Positions 41,322-52,943 of a stretch of DNA of 64,000 bases are shown here, in pieces (position 1 is the first letter of the stretch; each line of letters begins with the position of its first letter). This stretch comes from Hormiphora californensis (Eukaryota; Animalia; Ctenophora), in the NCBI GenBank assembly GCA_020137815.1, contig CM035358.1, positions 7,440,001-7,504,000 of the forward strand. The letters are read 5' to 3'. A model generated the notes under the pieces. It saw nothing but the letters and a program-made list of their open reading frames with translations. It was not told the origin of the DNA and did no database searches. The translations under genes and the position numbers were made by a program.

Positions 41322-43059
41322 TATATATATAGAGGACTACAAGTGCAAGTGCAGTACAGTGCAAGGGGATCGCTAGTGTCTAATGAAGCCGGCTTATCAA
41401 TTATTGGCGTAATGACGTGGCTGCTCTGACTTACGATGACATTGGATCTGGTATTAATAAAGATTTGACTCTACAAAGACCATAAAAAGGCCATGGACTC
41501 TATATTCTAAAATACTCAAAGCTTATAAGAAGAGTCATACGATATACGGGCTGTGATTGTGGCTGTGATGAGCTGTCGAGGTGAGAGGACATGTAGATTT
41601 CATGGGTGTAAAGTAACTGTGAAAGTTGTGTTTTCTCCTTTTGGTCGGGATACGAACTGAATAGGGTTTTATTGTAGAACAACGCTACGTTCTACAATAT
41701 GATATCAAAATTAAAACCCGTCGAATACTCTAGTACTCATTTCATAAAGCTGGTCAGTGGTCCAGATCCGGCCGGAAGGAGAAAACACAGCTTCCTCGTT
41801 AATTATGCGGCTAATCAACAATTTTCTCTCAATAGCAGAGAAACTGATACTGATAGTTCCCATAATTTATGTGAAAAATGCGGATCTGTGTGTTATATTT
41901 ATAATTATCAATTGCCTGATTACCATGCTATTCATTGTCATATTTTAAATTTTGTTACCTTATTTATAAAACTAAAAGATGTTTATAATTTGACTCCCTA
42001 CACTGGCGAAAAAAGGAAGATGCTACTGGTTCAAAGTTTCAAACATTGTTTGGTAATGTCATGTCATGTTTTTGTTCATCAGCAAGCTGCCGTCTGCCCT
42101 GGTAAATTGACGCCAGGGCGCGAATGTTTGTCTGTGACTTGATGGGAGAAACGGCTGACGCGGAGATCAACTCTGTGGGAATTTCGCGCGAGATTTCACG
42201 GCGCGCACGTCGTATGAAAGGTCGAGCACGAGGTCGAGCACAAGGTCTGACCAGTCACGTGACCACTGCGCGTCGTTGAACCGCCGTTGAGCCGCAGCGC
42301 GAAAAAAAGTGCTGACATTGACCGGACCTTGTGCTCGACCTTCATGTGCTCGACCTGAACATTTCCGAGTATGCTCATGTCGCAAAAAAAAGTCGACGAA
42401 AAATTCCAAATTCGTGAATTATAAGAACTCCCGACTCCGGTCAGTTCTCATCTTGCCAATCCGTTTTCCGGGAACCCCTGGCCAAAGGACATTAAAATTC
42501 ACATACCGACCAAGTTTCATATCGATTGGATAAGATTTTGGGTGGCTACGGTGAAAAATATCGCATTTTTGGCATTTTTAACTTTCCCGACGCGATTTAC
42601 GACCCTTAAACATTGAGTTACGGGAAATCGCTATCATGTAAAATGAAGTTCAAACGATTTTCTTTCCCCACTATTGCGTTAGTTTTTTGATTTAGAGCCG
42701 TTTTCAGGGTCTTAAAAGCGTTTGAAAAATGTAAGTATTTTTGGCGCAATGACGTCACCCCGTGACGTCACTGTTGTAAAGATCGGATCAAAAATCTGAG
42801 CCCGTACTTACACCCGCCTTGGTCCAAAGTACCAGTGTACAAATTTTCAGGGGTCTAGCTCAAAAACTGTAGGAGGAGTAGGGAGAAAACAATTATCGGA
42901 CTAACATTTTGGAAATTATTATATGGATGCTTCCCCCAGGATACCCACCAGACCAGGTTGTAAGGGTACCTGAAAGGTTCTAAGGAGTATCTAATGAGGT
43001 CTGGTGGGTATTTTGGGGGTTTTAGAAGCATCTAATAAGATCTTACAGTTATCTAGCAG

Positions 43060-43985
43060 TATGGGGTATTGGGATACCTGAGGGGTATGGTAGCTGATGG
43101 GTAGGATAGCTGAGAGATGGAGTAGATGAGGGGTAGGATATCTGAGAGATGTATTATATGAGGGGCAGGGAATCTGAGAGTTGAAGTAGATGATGGGTAA
43201 GGTAGCTGACTGCTGAGATGAGGGGCAGGGTAGCTGAGAGATGTAGTAGATGGGGAGGGGGAAGGGTAGCTGAGAGAGTAGATAAGGGATAGGGTAGCTG
43301 AGAGATCGAGTAGATGAGGGGCAGGGTAGCTGAGAGATCGAGCAGGATGGGGTATTGGGGTACCTGAGGAATATGGTAGCTGAGGGGTAGGATAGCTGAG
43401 AGATGGAGTAGATGAGGGGTAGGATATCTGAGAGATGTATTATATGAGGGGTAGGGTATCTGAGAGTTGAAGTAGATGAGGGGTAAGGTAGCTGACTGCT
43501 GAGATGAGGGGCAGGGTAGCAGAGAGATGTAGTAGATGGGGAGGGGGAAGGGTAGCTGAGAGATGGAGTAGATGAGGAGTAGGGTAGCTGAGAGATGTAG
43601 TAGATGGAGAGGGGGAAGGGTAGCTGAGAGATCGAGTAGATGAGGGGCAGGGTAGCTGAGAGATCGAGTAAATGAGGGGCAGGGTAGCTGTGAGATCGAG
43701 TAGATGAGGGGCAGGGTAGCAGAGAGATGGCGTAGATGATGGCTAGGGTAGCTGAGAGATGTATTATATGAGGGGTAGGGTATCTGAGAGATGAAGTTGA
43801 TGAGGGGTAGGGTATCTGAGAGATGGAGTAGATGAGGGGTAGGATATCTGAGAGATGCAGTAGATGAGGGGTATGATAGCTGAGAGATGGAGTAGATGAG
43901 GGAGATGATGGGTAGGATATCTGGTGCCTGGTAGTTGGAGTAGATGAGGGGTAGGTTAGCTGAGAGATGGAGCAGATGAGGGGTG
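43060..43985 (-). repeat. Inverted copy of the ~32-bp minisatellite in the right TIR
   Basis: Reverse-complement array with a different unit order and number from the left arm. Confidence 0.9.
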
Positions 43986-44908
43986 GGGTCGCCGGTCGGG
44001 ACAGCTGAGGGGAGTAGGAAGCATTATGTGTCATGTATAATAACATTCTACTCTTATAATATCCGGTACACTAAGTCGTGTAAGAGACAGAAATCAGAAT
44101 ACCACACACACTGCCTTGATGCACCACACTCCAACACATTCACAGTCCCCACACACAGCCCCCTACGCGCCCTCTTGGCAGAGAGAGAGAAAAAGCAGTA
44201 CTCCGGAAAAAAGCAGTACTCTCTAGACTTCAATGTGTCAGCATTGGTTACGCACTACACGAATTATGAGCATGATTTCAAATGTTACAGCTAACTGGCT
44301 ACGTCTTACGTCGGATCTTGAAAAAAATTACACCAGCTTCTTCAGCAGACAATTGTCTAGAGGGCATATCTCGCCTTTTTTTGAATTTCGGGATATTACT
44401 CTTTCAGTGAGCCGGAGAAGCTGCCTAGGTTGACAGATTCCGTGGTGTACAGAATCATGACGACTTTTACAAAAGAGCCCATAACCTAGCTTGTGTTTAT
44501 CCAATCAAGTCCGGGCTTGATCTACGGTATTAGGAATTATCTGGGCTTGAACCTAGTGTGAACAATTATTCGTTAATCTAATTAGGGGCTACGCTATGAC
44601 ACGTGGAACTTGAAACATGCCCTGAACGCGCACGATTCCAGTGTTGCGACACACACACAGAAGAAAAAAAAGCAGTACTCCGGACAGGGGGTGCTATAAT
44701 CGATGCAGAATTTAACGCCGAGAAAGATGGTTCTATTCCTTTTGTTCTAGGACGTTCCTGAAACCCATAAAAGCCAAAAAAACCTAAAAAACCTAAAAAT
44801 CCTAAATTTAGGACTTGAGCACTAAAAATTTTTTTCACTTCTAATTAGACACCAAACACTATTCTGACCAAGTTTCATCAAAATTGGGGCTGTTCTCTCT
44901 CACTTTAA

Positions 44909-45361
44909 GTCTCTATATCATCTGGTTAATTAGATAATTGGATAATTAGGTCTGTACATAACCGTTTTTTGGCTATATGGCTATAGCCACTTGGGAATGA
45001 TTTAGAGACTTTTCACTGGTGCCATTTTTTTCAGAAATAAATTTCAATCTAAGAGTTGTTGAAAAATTTAGGCTCAATCTCTTACCGTTTTGGCGTTATT
45101 TGCGGTCAAAGTAGGGCAAATCAGCCGAAAATGCCAATTGTATTCTTCATTTTTTGGCATTTCCGGCTGATTTGGCCTACATTCACCACAAATAACTCCA
45201 AAATGGTATGAGATAGAGCCTAAATTTTTCAACAACTGAACAAAATGGCACCAGTGAAAAGTCTTTAAACCATTCCTAAGTGGCTATAGCCATATAGCCA
45301 AAAAACGGTTATACGCTTACCTAATTATCCAATTATCTAATTAACCAGATGCGATAGAGAC
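44909..45361. mobile_element. 453-bp palindromic MITE with TTAA TSD (copy A at 15774-16220)
   Basis: TTAA|GTCTCTAT...ATAGAGAC|TTAA, with imperfect inverted arms covering nearly the whole length. Confidence 0.75.
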
Positions 45362-45465
45362 TTAATTCCGGGACCTACCCCCACTAATGCGAGGACGCTG
45401 AACACTTTGATGCCCTTGATTTTGTCTCTACTCCTTTCCTAACGGTAGTTACGCTTTTGGCTTAA

Positions 45466-46843
45466 GGGTACGCTAACCAAAAATTTTTTTCGAGTGCAGG
45501 GAAATCTCTCACCGTAGGGTTGTATAGGCCATGCCAAAGAGACCTCAAATATGCAATTTGAGCTCTCAAGTCGAATTCATATTTTTGCTACAGCTGTTTA
45601 AAAAATGTCCTGTAAATACGTTTTTGGCATCTCAAAAAATTTTTTTAAAAGATGGGAGCATGAAAATTTGGGGATTTGAAGAGGACATGAAGGTGAGTAA
45701 CCACAAAAAAAATTTTTGCAATCCGAGCTGATTTCCGGTCCTGAGATGGATTTCTTTTTTTCCACTTTAACGCCCTATTTGACAAAGTTCCGAAAACATG
45801 TGAAAGCTGTAAATTGGTGAAAAGTTGCGTCTAACGATTATCTAAGTGGCCATAAATTTTGGGCGTGTCCTTATTTGAGATAAGCTGTACAGAGTTTTTT
45901 TTGTGAAAGCCGTCATTTCAGAAATAGATAAATTCCCTGTATCTCAAAATGGCTGATCGTAGAGACCTGAGACTATGCTTAAACGATTCAGAAGATCCGA
46001 TTTTGGGGGGGGGGGTCTTCTGAGAGACATTTTGCTCCTACTTCAACCGTTTTTGCTGTAATTGCGAAAAACAAATTCTATGAAAAGGGCAAAAGCTAAA
46101 CTCCAATATCCTGTAATTAGGGAATTTTGGCTAAGAAAGGACCGAAACTATGGAAAAATGTGTAACAAGCTAATTCCTTCACTATTTGGTCCATATGGGT
46201 CCCTATAATCACCAAAAACAAAATTTAAAAAAATCCAGGATGGCGAAGATGGGTTTTTGTTTTTCGCAATTACAGCAAAAACGGTTGAAGTAGGAGCAAA
46301 ATGTCTCTCAGAAGACCCCCCCAAAATCGGACCTTCTGAATCGTTTAAGCATAGTCTCAGGTCTCTACGATCAGCCGTTTTTGAGATACAGGGAATTTAT
46401 TTATTTCTGAAATGACGGCTTTCACAAAAAAAACTCTGTACAGCTTATCTCAAAATTTATGGCCACTTAGATAATCGTTAGACGCAACTTTTCACCAATT
46501 TACAGCTTTCACATGTTTTCGGAACTTTGCCAAATAGGGCGTTAAAGTGGAAAAAAAGAAATCCATCTCAGGACCGGAAATCAGCTCGGATTGCAAAAAT
46601 TTTTTTGTGGTTACTCACCTTCATGTCCTCTTCAAATCCCCAAATTTTCATGCTCCCATCTTTTAAAAAAATTTTTTGAGATGCCAAAAACGTATTTACA
46701 GGACATTTTTTAAACAGCTGTAGCAAAAATATGAATTCGACTTGAGAGCTCAAATTGCATATTTGAGGTCTCTTTGGCATGGCCTACAACCCTACGGTGA
46801 GAGATTTCCCTGCACTCGAAAAAAAATTTTGGTTAGCGTACCC
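45466..46843. mobile_element. 1.38 kb foldback element with TTAA TSD and GG...CC ends (Kolobok-like)
   Basis: TTAA|GGGTACGCTAACC...GGTTAGCGTACCC|TTAA, with ~600-bp inverted arms. Mirror ORFs at 45531 (+) and 46780 (-) reflect the arms. Confidence 0.8.
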
Positions 46844-47677
46844 TTAAAAGGGCGTGGCCCGGAAATGACCTCCCCCCAACGGGTAGAGCTTAGACTTTTT
46901 TTTGGTGGCTTAGGGGATCCCTGGCTAACATTTAGTGAAGGAATTAGCTTGCCCCCCAAAAATATGAGGTCATGGCAAGAATTCAATAGATTAATAGATG
47001 ACTGGGATAGGATCTCATTAATTTTGAGACATGTTTAGAATTGGGTTGAGCAATATGATAGCTACAGATTTAAATTTTTAATCTGCTTTCGCTGATATGA
47101 TATCATTTTACTAAACTATTTTCTACTTTCCTACCTAAGTTTTCATAACATAAACTATGTTATGGTGTAGTACCCTATAGCTTTACAAACAATGCCAATT
47201 TGATCTGATTAGACTATAAAGAGTATCACCCTTGCCTGGCTAGACTGTGTTTCGGGCGCCCCGAAATGTAAAGGGAGGGTTAGAACATAACAGTACCAAC
47301 CAACTACCACCATTGATTAGACTGTAAAGAGTACTGCACCCAACTGCCACCCTTGATTAGACTATATAAACTTGCTGAGCTTGATGTAAATAACAAATCC
47401 CGCTACTGCATGTCCCCTACACTGTGTACCATGTGTAGTACAGTGCTGCTTGTAGTCGTATTACCGTAATGGAAATACAGTAATGAGACGCGCACGTTGC
47501 ATAACGCGCGGCAAAAAGTGCATGTGTTCAGCACGTACTAGCGCCCTGATTGGCTGCGGTTGCGCGTCGTCTTACTTTATCTCCGTTTTCCATTACCGTT
47601 TTCCCACTACAAGCGACCACATGTACCATGTGGTTGCTGCTAAGAATTCTATTGGAACTCCGCCACACGGCCTCCAC

Positions 47678-47786
47678 CAGGAACCGACCGAAACAAGTAA
47701 ACAACCAATCAGAACTCGTTATTTAGTTCACGTGACTGGTTATCAGCCAATCAGGGACCAGTATTTCCTGATTCGGTCGGTTCCTG
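47678..47786. mobile_element. 109-bp hAT-like MITE (copy A at 18517-18623)
   Basis: TIR CAGGAACCGACCGAA / TTCGGTCGGTTCCTG and a 7/8-matching 8-bp TSD (GCCTCCAC/ACCTCCAC). It contains two CCAATCAG motifs and a CACGTG motif. Confidence 0.75.
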
Positions 47787-48083
47787 ACCTCCACCCATGT
47801 GAAATGTGGTTGTAAGGGCCTTACAATGCTGCTTGTAGTCGCATTACCGTAATGGAAATACTGAGTAAGGGCCTTCCTCAACAACTACATAACATATTTC
47901 TCATTATCTAGCTCGTGCTTCAAAATTCTCAGACAAGTTTCAAAGAATTGCATTTCTTCTCAGTTACCTTTTAACTCGACTATAATAAATCATGCACCTC
48001 CCGCAGGGTTCCGATTATTCTTTTAAAGTTTAAACTGAGAAGCAACTTAATTCACCTAATTTAGCACGTGAGTAACCTGTTAA

Positions 48084-51000
48084 AGTGAGAGTGGACCGAA
48101 TCAGAATTGGATAAGTTTGGTGTAGGTGGTAGAGATTAGCTTTCTGAGCATTTTGCGTTTTTGCCGCTCAAAATCGACCCACCCATCACTGAGATATCTT
48201 TGGGTAATATACCAATTCTTGGTGTTCGAAGGAAATAGCGCTAATTAGCGGTTTTAATAGCGCTAATTAGCGCTAATTAGCGCTAATTAGCGATAGCGCT
48301 ATTTATCGATAGCGCTAATAGCGCTAATAATAGCGCTATTTCACAAAATAGCGCTAATTTTGACCGCTAATTAGCGCTAATTAGCGATCAAAAATAGCGG
48401 TAATTAGCGGTAGCGCTATTTTAGCGCTTTTTGTAACCGCTAATCGGGCAATTTTAGTAAAAAAATAACGCTATTAACACTTACAAAAATAGCGCTAATC
48501 AGCGCTAATTAGCGCTAATTAGCGCTATTAACATTCTCAATTCATTTTGTTCGAACCGCTAATTAGCGCTATTTCCAATTTCATCAAAATATAGAAAACG
48601 CTATGATTGGATAATGTATGTCACGTGACAAAAATCCTGTCATGTGACGAAAAATAGCGCTAATTAGCGCTATTTTTGTAATCGCTAATTAGCGCTAATT
48701 AGCGCTATTATCAACTTAAACGTTTATTATTTTGTTAATAGCGCTAATATGCGCTAATTAGCGCTATTAATATTTTGCAAATAGCGCTAGTTAGCGCTTA
48801 TTAGCGCTAATAAGCGCTAATTAGCGCTATTTGCATATTATAAATAGCGCTAATTAGCGCTAATTAGCGCTATTATCAAGTTAAACGTTTATTATTTTAT
48901 TAATAGCGCTAATAAGCGCTAATTAGCGCTATTAATATTTTGCAAATAGCGCTAGTTAGCGCTTATTAGCGCTAATAAGCGCTAATTAGCGCTATTTGAA
49001 TAATATAAATAGCGCTAATTAGCGCTAATTAGCGATATTATCAACTTAAACGTTTATTATTTTATTAATAGCGCTAATTAGCGCTAATTAGCGCTTTTAT
49101 CAGCTTAAACGTTTATTATTTCATTAATAGCGCTAATAAGCGCTAATTAGCGCTATTAATAAAATAATAAACGTTTAAGTTGATAATAGCGCTAATTAGC
49201 GCTAGTTAGCGCTATTAATATTTTGCAAATAGCGCTAATTAGCGCTTATTAGCGCTAATTAGCGCTATTTCCAAAATATTAATAGCGCTTATTAGCGCTA
49301 TTAATAAAATATTAAACGTTTAAGTTGATAATAGCGCTAATTAGCGCTAATTAGCGCTATTAAAGATATGGAAATAGCGCTATCTAGCGCTTATTAGCGC
49401 TAATTAGCGCTAACTAGCGCTATTTGCAAAATATTAATAGCGCTAATTAGCGCTTATTAGCGCTATTAATAAAATAGTAAACGTTAAAGTTGATAATAGC
49501 GCTAATTAGCGCTAATTAGCGCTATTAATAATATGGAAATAGCGCTAATTAACGCTTATTAGCGCTAATTAGCGCTAACTAGCGCTATTTGCAAAATATT
49601 AATAGCGCTAATTAGCGCTTATTAGCGCTATTAATAAAATAGTTAACGTTTAAGTTGATAATAGCGCTAATAAGCGCTAATTAGCGCTATTAATATTTTG
49701 CAAATAGCGCTTATTAGCGCTAATTAGCGCTAATTAGCGCTATTTGGAAAATATAAATAGCGCTAATTAGCGCTAATTAGCGCTTTTATCAGCTTAAACG
49801 TTTATTATTTCATTAATAGCGCTAATAAGCGCTAATTAACACTATTAATAAAATAATAAACGTTTAAGTTGATAATAGCGCTAATTAGCGCTAGTTAGCG
49901 CTATTAATATTTTGCAAATAGCGCTAATTAGCGCTATTTCCAAAATATTAATAGCGCTAATTAGCGCTTATTAGCGCTATTAATAAAATAATAAACGTTT
50001 AAGTTGATAATAGCGCTAATTAGCGCTAATTAGCGCTATTAATGATATGGAAATAGCGCTATCTAGCGCTTATTAGCGCTAATTAGCGCTAACTAGCGCT
50101 ATTTGCAAAATATTAATAGCGCTAATTAGCGCTTATTAGCGCTATTAATAAAATAGTTAACGTTTAAGTTGATAATAGCGCTAATAAGCGCTAATTAGCG
50201 CTATTAATAATATGGAAATAGCGCTAATTAGCGCTAATTAGCGCTAACTAGCGCTATTTGCAAAATATTAATAGCGCTAATTAGCGCTTATTAGCGCTAT
50301 TAATAAAATAGTTAACGTTTAAGTTGATAATAGCGCTAATAAGCGCTAATTAGCGCTATTAATAATATGGAAATAGCGCTAATTAGCGCTTATTAGCGCT
50401 TAATTAGCGCTAACTAGCGCTATTTGCAAAATATTAATAGCGCTAATTAGCGCTTATTAGCGCTATTAATAAAATAGTAAACGTTTAAGTTGATAATAGC
50501 GCTAATCAGCGCTAATTAGCGCTATTAATAATATGAAATAGCGCTAATTAGCGCTTATTAGCGCTAATTAGCGCTAACTAGCGCTATTTGCAAAATATTA
50601 ATAGCGCTAATTAGCGCTTATTAGCGCTATTAATAAAATAGTAAACGTTTAAGTTGATAATAGCGCTAATTAGCGCTAATTAGCGCTATTAATAATATGG
50701 AAATAGCGCTAATTAGCGCTTATTAGCGCTAATTAGCGCTAACTAGCGCTATTTGCAAAATATTAATAGCGCTAATTAGCGCTTATTAGCGCTATTAATA
50801 AAATAGTTAACGTTAAAGTTGATAATAGCGCTAATTAGCGCTAATCAGCGCTATTAATAATATGAAAATAGCGCTAATTAGCGCTTATTAGCGCTAATTA
50901 GCGCTAACTAGCGCTATTTGCAAAATATTAATAGCGCTAATTAGCGCTTATTAGCGCTATTAATAAAATAGTTAACGTTTAAGTTGATAATAGCGCTAAT

Positions 51001-52757
51001 AAGCGCTAATTAGCGCTATTAATAATATGGAAATAGCGCTAATTAGCGCTTATTAGCGCTAATTAGCGCTAACTAGCGCTATTTGCAAAATATTAATAGC
51101 GCTAATTAGCGCTTATTAGCGCTATTAATAAAATAGTTAACGTTTAAGTTGATAATAGCGCTAATAAGCGCTAATTAGCGCTATTAATAATATGGAAATA
51201 GCGCTAATTAGCGCTTATTAGCGCTAATTAGCGCTAACTAGCGCTATTTGCAAAATATTAATAGCGCTAATTAGCGCTTATTAGCGCTATTAATAAAATA
51301 GTTAACGTTTAAGTTGATAATAGCGCTAATTAGCGCTAATTAGCGCTATTAATAATATGCAAATAGCGCTAATTAGCGCTACTTTTAAATTGTCTATAGC
51401 GCTGATCAGCGCTATTAACAAAATATACATTCATTATTTTGTTAAATGCGCTAAATAGCGCTAATTAGCGCTATTAATATTTTGCAAATAGCGCTAGTTA
51501 GCGCTTATTAGCGCTAATAAGCGCTAATTAGCGCTATTTGCAAAATATTAATAGCGCTAATTAGCGCTTATTAGCGCTATTATCAACTTAAACGTTTACT
51601 ATTATGTTAATAGCGCTAATAAGCGCTAATTAGCGCTATTAATAATTTGCAAATAGCGCTAGTTAGCGCTTATTAGCGCTAATAAGCGCTAATTAGCGCT
51701 ATTTGCAAAATATTAATAGCGCTAATTAGCGCTAATTAGCGCTATTAACAAAGTAATATACATATATTGTGTTAATAGCGCTAATTAGCGCTATTTACAA
51801 ATTGTTGATAGCGCTAATTAGCGCTAATTAGCGCTATTTAGCGCTAGTTAGCGGTATTTTCATATTGTTAATAGCGCTAATTAGCGCTAATTAGCGCTAT
51901 TTTGTAAATAAAAATAGCTAATCTTTAAGAAATGGCGCTAATTAGCGGTTACAGATTTTGACCAATCATAAGGATTTATTTAATCACGTGATCAACGCCA
52001 ACCAATCATGGCTTAGATACGTCAAATAGCGATGTCTCTTAAATAGCGCTATTTCAAAATTTTTAGGACCGCTATTTGAATAGCGGTGTTATCAAATTTG
52101 AAATTAACACAAAATTTAGAACCGCTATTTTTCTACAAAAATAGCGCTATTTTTAAGTGCAAAAAGCGCTAAAATAGCGCTACCGCTAATTACCGCTATT
52201 TGTGACCGCTAATTAGCGCTAATTAGCGGTCACAAATAGCGCTATTTTATAAAATAGCGCTATTATTAGCGCTTCTAACACTTTTTATAAATATCGAAAT
52301 CTTAGATAGCGCTAATTAGCGCTAATTAGCGCTAATTAGCGCTCTTAAAATCGCTAATTAGCGCTATTTCCTTCGAACACCAAGAATTGGTATATTACCT
52401 ATCTTTGTTATGTTGGGAGAATTCCTGCTGGATCAATATTTATCAAACAGGATAGAAACAATCCTTGTGTTTTACTAACAGATTCTTTAAATTTTGAATA
52501 TGCTGGCTTGCATTGCCCTGCTTCTGTGCATGGACATTTCAACCTCACTGCTTATGTTCAGAATGTGTTAGTAAAACACCACGATTGTTTCTTTTCTGTT
52601 TTATACATACTGATTAAACAGGAGTTCTCCCAACATAACAAAAATATCTCAGTGATGGGTGGGTCGATTTTGAGCGGCAAAAACGCAAAATGCTCAGAAA
52701 GCTAATCTCTACTACCTACAACAAACTTGTCTGATTCTGATTCGGTCCACTCTCACT
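48084..52757. mobile_element. TTAA-flanked palindromic MITE (Kolobok-like AG...CT ends) hosting the Merlin-like element
   Basis: TTAA|AGTGAGAGTGGACCGAATC...GATTCGGTCCACTCTCACT|TTAA. The right arm retains the uninterrupted target sequence. Confidence 0.75.
48203..52399. mobile_element. Merlin-like non-autonomous element filled with AGCGCT satellite (copy B)
   Basis: TIR GGTAATATACCAATTCTTGGTGTTCGAAGGAAATAGCGC and 8-bp TSD TATCTTTG (48195-48202 / 52400-52407). GG-starting TIRs with an 8-bp TSD are the Merlin signature. Confidence 0.85.
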
Positions 52758-52943
52758 TTAACACCGCCCCGCCCATGGCTAAGCAATAAAATAAATAAAT
52801 CTGTAATATACATCTTGTTCATGCAAGTAATAAAATAAAGATACATCTGCGTTCCATACCATGCAAGCTCCGATTATTATACAGCACAGCAGATGAGTCT
52901 TTGTCCTTTGAGATACAGCTATCAAGAGAGTTGGAGAGTTTCT

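Larger units (their letters stand above)
39047..44693. mobile_element. 5.6 kb foldback DNA transposon with CAC...GTG ends and 5-bp TSD (Transib-like signature), non-autonomous
   Basis: Ends are CACCCCCTGTCCGGAGTACTG / CAGTACTCCGGACAGGGGGTG. CTATA flanks both sides and occurs once at the empty site in copy A (~15559). The TIRs are ~1.6 kb (39047-40651 / 43030-44693). Confidence 0.9.
38689..46991. mobile_element. Outer TIR element hosting three nested insertions (copy B)
   Basis: ATCTATTGAATTCTTG...TGACCTCATATTTTTGGGGGGCAAGCTAATTCCTTCACTAAATGTTAGCCAGGGATC is inverted at ~46915-46991. The exact TSD (TA or degenerate TTAA) is uncertain. Confidence 0.7.

Noticed and set aside
41699-42142. 147-aa ORF with CxxC in the foldback core
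   Set aside because: AT-rich, with no recognisable domain or catalytic motif; cannot be supported without a profile search.
42991-44046. 351-aa ORF inside the foldback element as a transposase
   Set aside because: It is translated 32-bp minisatellite (low-complexity S/P/Y/L) with no DDE or RAG1 motifs.
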